64,000 nucleotides of DNA from positions 90,954,001 through 91,018,000 of the forward strand of contig OZ024745.1 of NCBI GenBank assembly GCA_964016885.1, written 5' to 3'. The DNA comes from Eledone cirrhosa (Eukaryota). The position numbers were made by a program, and so were the translations under genes. Of this stretch, positions 56,601 to 64,000 are shown piece after piece (the first letter of the stretch is position 1; every line of letters begins with the position of its first letter). The notes under the pieces were generated by a model. It was not told where the DNA came from. It searched no databases and saw nothing but the letters and a program-made list of their open reading frames with translations.

Positions 56601-59600
56601 TTTAAACAACATTGCAAGCCCACTAAAAGTGTTTTAAACAACATTGCAAGCCCACTAAAAGTGTATCAAACAATACTGCAAGCCCACTGAAAGTGTTTTA
56701 AACAACATTGCAAGCCCACTGAAAGTGTTTTAAACAACATTGCAAGCCCACAAAAAGTGTGTTAAAGAACATTGCAAGCCCACTAAAAGTGTTTTAAACA
56801 ACATTGCAAGCCCACTAAAAGTGTATCAAACAATATTGCAAGCCCACTAAAAGTGTTTCAAAGAATATTGCAAGCCCACTGAAAGTGTTTTAAACAACAT
56901 TGCAAGCTCCCTAAAAGTGTTTTAAACAACATTGCAAGCCCACAAAAAGTCTTTTAAAGAACATTGCAAGCCCACTAAAAGTGTTTTAAACAACATTGCA
57001 AGCCCACTAAAAGTGTTTTAAACAACATTGCAAGCCCACTAAAAGTGTTTTAAACAACATTGCAAGCCCACTGAAAGAGTATTAAACAACATTGCAAGCC
57101 CACTAAAAGTGTTTTAAACGACATAGCAAGCCCACTAAAAGTGTTTTAAAGAACATTGCAAGCCCACTAAAAGTGTTTTAAACAACATTGCAAGCCCACT
57201 GAAAGTGTTTTAAACAACATTGCAAGACCACTAAAAGTGTTTTAAACAACATTGCAAGCCCACTGAAAGTGTTTTAAACAACATTGCAAGCCCACTAAAA
57301 GTGTTTTAAACAACATTGCAAGCCCACTAAAAGTGTTTTGAACAACATTGCTTGCCCACTAAAAGTGTTTTAAACAACATTGCAAGCCCACTAAAAGTGT
57401 GTTAAACAATATTGCAAGCCCAGTAAAAGTGTTTTAAACAACATTGCATGCCCGCTAAAAGTGTTTTAAACAACATTGCAAGCCCACTAAAAGTGTTTTA
57501 AACAACATTACAAGCCCACTAAAAGTATTTTAAACAACATTGAATGCCCACAAAAAGTGTTTTAAAGAACATTGCAAGCCCACAAAAAGTGTTTTAAAGA
57601 ACATTGCAAGCCCACTAAAAGTGTTTTAAACAACATTGCAAGCCCACTAAAAGTGTTTTAAACAACATTGCAAGCCCACTAAAAGTGTTTTAAACAACAT
57701 TGCAAGCCCACTAAAAGGGTTTTAAACAACATTGCAAGCCCACTAAAAGTGTGTTAAACAATATTGCAACCCCACTAAAAGTGTTTTAAACAACATTGCA
57801 TGCCCACTAAAAGTGCTTTGTACAACATTGCAAACCCACTAAAAGTGTTTTAAACAACATTGCAAGCCCACTGAAAGAGTTTTAAGCAACATTGCAAGCC
57901 CACTAAAAGTGCTTTGTACAACATTGCAAGCCCACTAAAAGTGTTTTAAACAACATTGCAAGCCCACTGAAAGAGTTTTAAAGAACATTGCAAGCCCACT
58001 AAAAGTGTCCTAAATAACATTGGAAGCCCACTGAAAGTGTTTTAAACAACATTGCAAGCCCACTGAAAGAGTTTTAAACAACATTGCAAGCCCACTGAAA
58101 GAGTTTTAAACAACATCGCAAGCCCACTAAAGATTTTTAAACAACATTGCAAGCCCACTGAATGAGTTCTAAACAACATGGCAAGCCCACTGAAAGAGTT
58201 TTAAACAACATTGCAATCCCACTAAAAGTGTTTTAAACAACATTGCAAGCCCACTAAAAGTGTTTCAAACAACATTGCAAGCCCACTGAAAGTGTGTTAA
58301 ACAACATTGCAAGCCCACTAAAAGTGTTTTAAACAACATTGCAAGCCCACTAAAAGTGTTTTAAACAACATTGCATGCCCACAAAAAGTGTTTTAAAGAA
58401 CATTGCAAGCCCACTGAAAGTGTTTTAAACAACATTGCAAGCCCACTGAAAGTGTTTTAAACAACAATGCATGCCCGCAAAAAGTGTATTAAAGAACATT
58501 GCAAGCCCACTAAAAGTGTTTTAAACAACATTGCAAGCCCACTAAAAGTGTTTTAAACAACATTGCATGCCCACAAAAAGTGTTTTAAAGAACATTGCAA
58601 GCCCACTAAAAGTGTTTTAAACAACATTGCAAACCCACTGAAAGAGTTTTAAACAACATTGCAAGCCCACTGAATGAGTTCTAAACAACATGGCAAGCCC
58701 ACTGAAAGAGTTTTAAACAACATTGCAAGCCCACTAAAAGTGTATCAAACAATATTGAAAGCCCACTGAAAGTGTTTTAAACAACATTGCAAGCCCACTG
58801 AAAGTGTTTTAAACAACATTGCAAGCTCACAAAAAGTGTGTTAAAGAACATTGCAAGCCCACTAAAAGTGTTTTAAACAACATTGCAAGCCCACTAAAAG
58901 TGTTTTAAACAACATTGCATGCCCACAAAAAGTGTTTTAAAGAACATTGCAAGCCCACTAAAAGTGTTTTAAACAACATTGCAAGCCCACTGAAAGTGTT
59001 TTAAACAACATTGCATGCCCGCAAAAAGTGTATTAAAGAACATTGCAAGCCCACTAAAAGTGTTTTAAACAACATTGCAAGCCCACTAAAAGTGTTTTAA
59101 ACAACATTGCATGCCCACAAAAAGTGTTTTAAAGAACATTGCAAGCCCACTAAAAGTGTTTTAAACAACATTGCAAACCCACTGAAAGAGTTTTAAACAA
59201 CATTGCAAGCCCACTGAATGAGTTCTAAACAACATGGCAAGCCCACTGAATGAGTTTTAAACAACAATGCAAGCCCACTGAAAGTGTTTTTAACAACATA
59301 GCAAGCCCACTGAAAGAGTTTTAAACAACATTGCAAGCCCACTGAATGAGTTCTAAACAACATGGCAAGCCCACTGAAAGAGTTTTAAACAACATTGCAA
59401 GCCCACTGAAAGTGTTTTTAACAACATTGAAAGCCCACTGAAAGAGTTTTAAACAACATTGCAAGCCCACTGAAAGAGTTTTAAACAACATTGCAAACCC
59501 ACTAAAGAGTTTTAAACAACATTGTAAGCCCACTGAAAGAGTTTTAAACAACAATGCAAGCCCAGTGAAAGTGTTTTAAACAACATTGCAAGCCCACTGA

Positions 59601-59909
59601 AAGTGTTTTAAACAACATTGCAAGCCCACTGAAAGAGTTTTAAACAACATTGCAAGACCACTGAAAGAGTTTTAAACAACATTGCAAGCCCACTAAAAGT
59701 GTTTTAAAAAACATTGCAAGCCCACTGAAAGTGTTTTAAACAACATTGCAAGCCCAGTAAAAGTGTTTTAAACAACATTGCAATCCCACTAAAAGTGTTT
59801 TAAACAACATTGCAAGCCCACTAAAAGTGTATCAAACAACATTGCAAGCCCACTGAAAGTGTTTTAAACAATATTGCAAGCCCACTGAGAGTGTTTTAAA
59901 CAACATTGC

Positions 59910-62900
59910 AAGCCCACTAAAAGTGTTTTAAACAACATTGCAAGTCCACTAAAAGTGTTTTAAACAACATTGCATGCCCACAAAAAAGCGTTTTAAAGAA
60001 CATTGCAAGCCCACTAAAAGTGTTTTAAACAACATTGCAAGCCCACTGAAAGAGTTTTAAACAACATTGCAAGACCACTGAAAGAGTTTTAAACAACATT
60101 GCAAACCCACTAAAGATTTTTAAACAACATTGCAAGCCCACTGAATGAGTTCTATACAACATGGCAAGCCCACTGAAAGAGTTTTAAACAACATTGCAAT
60201 CCCACTAAAAGTGTTTTAAACAACATTGCAAGCCCACTAAAAGTGTTTTAAACAACATTGCAAGCCCACTGAAAGTGTGTTAAACAACATTGCAAGCCCA
60301 CTAAAAGTGTTTTAAACAACATTGCAAGCCCACTAAAAGTGTTTTAAACAACATTGCAAGCCAACTAAAAGTGTATCAAACAAGATTGCAAGCCCACTGA
60401 AAGTGTTTTAAACAACATTGCAAGCCCACTGAAAGTGTTTTAAACAACATTGCAAGCCCACAAAAAGTGTGTTAAAGAACATTGCAAGCCCACTAAAAGT
60501 GTTTTAAACAACATTGCAAGCCCACTAAAAGTTTTTTAAACAACATTGCATGCCCACTAAAAGTGTTTTAAAGAACATTGCAAGCCCACTAAAAGTGTTT
60601 TAAACAACATTGGAAGCCCACTGAAAGTGTTTTAAACAACATTGCATGTCCGCAAAAAGTGTATTAAAGAACATTGCAAGCCCACTAAAAGTGTTTTAAA
60701 CAACATTGCAAGCCCACTAAAAGTGTTTTAAACAACATTGCATGCCCACAAAAAGTGTTTTAAAGAACATTGCAAGCCCACTAAAAGTGTTTTAAACAAC
60801 ATTGCAAACCCACTGAAAGTGTTTTAAACAACATTGCAAGCCCACTGAATGAGTTCTAAACAACATGGCAAGCCCACTGAAAGAGTTTTAAACAACAATG
60901 CAAGCCCACTGAAAGTGTTTTAAACAACATTGCAAGCCCACTAAAAGTGTATCAAACAATATTGCAAGCCCACTGAAAGTGTTTTAAACAACATGGCAAT
61001 CCCACTGAAAGTGTTTTAAACAACATTGCAAGACCACAAAAAGTGTGTTAAAGAACATTGCAAGCCCACTAAAAGTGTTTTAAACAACATTGCAAGCCCA
61101 CTAAAAGTGTTGTAAACAACATTGCATGCCCACAAAGAGTGTTTTAAAGAACATTGCAAGCCCACTAAAAGTGTTTTAAACAACATTGCAAGCCCACTGA
61201 AAGTGTTTTAAACAACATTGCATGCCCGCAAAAAGTGTATTAAAGAACATTGCAAGCCCACTAAAAGTGTTTTAAACAACATTGCAAGCCCACTAAAAGT
61301 GTTTTAAACAACATTGCATGCCCACAAAAAGTGTTTTAAAGAACATTGCAAGCCCACTAAAAGTGTTTTAAACAACATTGCAAACCCACTGAAAGAGTTT
61401 TAAACAACATTGCAAGCTCACTGAATGAGTTCTAAACAACATGGCAAGCCCACTGAAAGAGTTTTAAACAACAATGCAAGCCCACTGAAAGTGTTTTTAA
61501 CAACATTGCAAGCCCACTGAAAGAGTTTTAAACAACATTGCAAGCCCACTGAAAGTGTTTTAAACAATATTGCAAGCCCACTGAGAGTGTTTTAAACAAC
61601 ATTGCAAGCCCACAAAAAGTGTGTTAAAGAACATTGCAAGCCCACTAAAAATGTTTTAAACAACATTGCAAGTCCACTAAAAGTGTTTTAAACAACATTG
61701 CATGCCCACAAAAAAGCGTTTTAAAGAACATTGCAAGCCCACTAAAAGTGTTTTAAACAACATTGCAAGCCCACTGAAAGAGTTTTAAACAACATTGCAA
61801 GCCCACTGAAAGAGTTTTAAACAACATTGCAAACCCACTAAAGATTTTTAAACAACATTGCAAGCCCACTGAATGAGTTCTATACAACATGGCAAGCCCA
61901 CTGAAAGAGTTTTAAACAACATTGCAATCCCACTAAAAGTGTTTTAAACAACATTGCAAGCCCACTAAAAGTGTTTTAAACAACATTGCAAGCCCACTGA
62001 AAGTGTGTTAAACAACATTGCAAGCCCACTAAAAGTGTTTTAAACAACATTGCAAGCCCACTAAAAGTGTTTTAAACAACATTGCAAGCCAACTAAAAGT
62101 GTATCAAACAAGATTGCAAGCCCACTGAAAGTGTTTTAAACAACATTGCAAGCCCACTGAAAGTGTTTTAAACAACATTGCAAGCCCACAAAAAGTGTGT
62201 TAAAGAACATTGCAAGCCCACTAAAAGTGTTTTAAACAACATTGCAAGCCCACTAAAAGTTTTTTAAACAACATTGCATGCCCACAAAAAGTGTTTTAAA
62301 GAACATTGCAAGCCCACTAAAAGTGTTTTAAACAACATTGGAAGCCCACTGAAAGTGTTTTAAACAACATTGCATGTCCGCAAAAAGTGTATTAAAGAAC
62401 ATTGCAAGCCCACTAAAAGTGTTTTAAACAACATTGCAAGCCCACTAAAAGTGTTTTAAACAACATTGCATGCCCACAAAAAGTGTTTTAAAGAACATTG
62501 CAAGCCCACTAAAAGTGTTTTAAACAACATTGCAAACCCACTGAAAGTGTTTTAAACAACATTGCAAGCCCACTGAATGAGTTCTAAACAACATGGCAAG
62601 CCCACTGAAAGAGTTTTAAACAACAATGCAAGCCCACTGAAAGTGTTTTAAACAACATTGCAAGCCCACTAAAAGTGTATCAAACAATATTGCAAGCCCA
62701 CTGAAAGTGTTTTAAACAACATGGCAATCCCACTGAAAGTGTTTTAAACAACATTGCAAGACCACAAAAAGTGTGTTAAAGAACATTGCAAGCCCACTAA
62801 AAGTGTTTTAAACAACATTGCAAGCCCACTAAAAGTGTTGTAAACAACATTGCATGCCCACAAAGAGTGTTTTAAAGAACATTGCAAGCCCACTAAAAGT

Positions 62901-63281
62901 GTTTTAAACAACATTGCAAGCCCACTGAAAGTGTTTTAAACAACATTGCATGCCCGCAAAAAGTGTATTAAAGAACATTGCAAGCCCACTAAAAGTGTTT
63001 TAAACAACATTGCAAGCCCACTAAAAGTGTTTTAAACAACATTGCATGCCCACAAAAAGTGTTTTAAAGAACATTGCAAGCCCACTAAAAGTGTTTTGAA
63101 CAACATTGCAAACCCACTGAAAGAGTTTTAAACAACATTGCAAGCTCACTGAATGAGTTCTAAACAACATGGCAAGCCCACTGAAAGAGTTTTAAACAAC
63201 AATGCAAGCCCACTGAAAGTGTTTTTAACAACATTGCAAGCCCACTGAAAGAGTTTTAAACAACATTGCAAGCCCACTGAA
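59910..63281 (+). repeat. 1728-bp (54-monomer) near-perfect tandem duplication
   Basis: CAAAAAAGCG occurs at 59981/61709, TCTATAC at 60151/61879, and ATGTCCGC at 60646/62374, all with offset 1728. Confidence 0.93.
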
Positions 63282-64000
63282 TGAGTTCTAAACAACATGG
63301 CAAGCCCACTGAAAGAGTTTTAAACAACAATGCAAGCCCACTGAAAGTGTTTTTAACAACATTGCAAGCCCACTAAAAGAGTTTTAAACAACATTGCAAG
63401 CCCACTGAAAGAGTTTTAAACAACAATGCAAGCCCAGTGAAAGTGTATTAAACAACATTGCAAGCCCACTGAAAGTGTTTTAAACAACATTGCAAGCCCA
63501 CTGAAAGAGTTTTAAACAACATTGCAAGCCCACTGAAAGTGTTTTAAACAACATTGCAAGCCCACTAAAAGTGTTTTAAACAACATTGCAAGCCCACTAA
63601 AAGTGTTTTAAACAACATTGCATGCCCACAAAAAGTGTTTTAAAGAACATTGCAAGCCCACTAAAAGTGTTTTAAACAACATTTCATGCCCACTAAAAGT
63701 GTTTTAAACAACATTACATGCCCACAAAAAGTGTTTTAAAGAACATTGCAAGCCCACTAAAAGTGTTTTAAACAACATTGCAAGCCCACTAAAAGTGTTT
63801 TAAACAACATTGCAAGCCCACTAAAAGTGTTTTAAACAACATTCCAAGCCCACTAAAAGTGTTTTAAACAACATTGCAAGCCCACTGAAAGAGTTTTAAA
63901 CAACATTGGAAGCCCACTAAAAGTGTTTTAAACAACAATGCAAGCCCACTGAAAGTGTTTTTAACAACATAGCAAGCCCACTGAAAGAGTTTTAAACAAC

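Larger units (their letters stand above)
1..64000 (+). repeat. Tandem satellite array, 32-bp monomer ACATTGCAAGCCCACTRAAAGWGTTTTAAACA, head-to-tail, running off both window ends
   Basis: The monomer is readable on every line from position 1 to 64000, always in the same orientation. No non-repeat stretch was seen. 64000/32 gives about 2,000 copies. Confidence 0.99.

Noticed and set aside
594-59554. 26 short minus-strand ORFs (60-116 aa, MLFKTLSVGLQCCLK-type)
   Set aside because: They are direct translations of the satellite. The minus-strand consensus has a TAA that is hit about every third monomer, and ORFs extend only where an indel or substitution skips it. They have no unique sequence, no recognisable domain and no gene context.
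1-64000. CRISPR-like appearance (32-bp repeat, GTTTTA start, ATTGCAAG/ATTGAAAG resembling direct-repeat 3' ends)
   Set aside because: Repeats are directly adjacent with no unique spacers, leader or cas genes. Variation consists of point changes copied in blocks.
1-64000. Idea that the order of G/A and A/T monomer types is an information-bearing code or diversity-generating cassette system
   Set aside because: The order is explained by nested tandem duplication of pre-existing variants. No recombinase, expression site or reading mechanism is visible.
1-64000. Telomeric repeat, CENP-B box or plasmid iteron/parS array
   Set aside because: There are no G-rich telomere-type units, the consensus lacks the CpGs required by the CENP-B box, and the scale and absence of rep/par genes do not fit plasmid elements.
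1-64000. Transcription-factor-like words (TAAACA forkhead-like, ATTGCAA C/EBP-like half site)
   Set aside because: These are only partial 6-7-bp matches expected by chance, and the sequence alone cannot support a regulatory call.
1-64000. Embedded transposon, unique island or strand inversion
   Set aside because: Reading through the window, I found no stretch departing from the monomer and no reverse-complement monomer (GTGGGCTTGCAATG) on the + strand.

Overview
The whole 64-kb window is one uninterrupted, single-orientation tandem satellite. The 32-bp monomer has consensus ACATTGCAAGCCCACT(G/A)AAAG(A/T)GTTTTAAACA (about 35-37% GC, no CpG), in roughly 2,000 copies. I found no credible gene, RNA gene, transposon insertion, CRISPR spacer or inversion, and all listed ORFs are translations of the repeat. 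The informative structure is in the monomer variants. (i) There is a hierarchy of higher-order duplications with periods of 69, 290, 448, ~576, 1070, 1728, 1872, 2147, ~2230, 2749, ~4800 and ~13-14 kb. (ii) Three successive domains have different variant repertoires (about 1-38.8 kb, 38.9-53.6 kb and 53.7-64 kb, with a gradual transition from ~49 kb). (iii) The monomer looks like three degenerate ~10.7-bp subunits with helically phased AA runs. This most resembles eukaryotic heterochromatic (peri/centromeric or subtelomeric) satellite DNA. The organism, family name and function cannot be determined from the sequence alone. Offsets were read by eye from diagnostic variants and the ORF track, so block boundaries are approximate (about one monomer).
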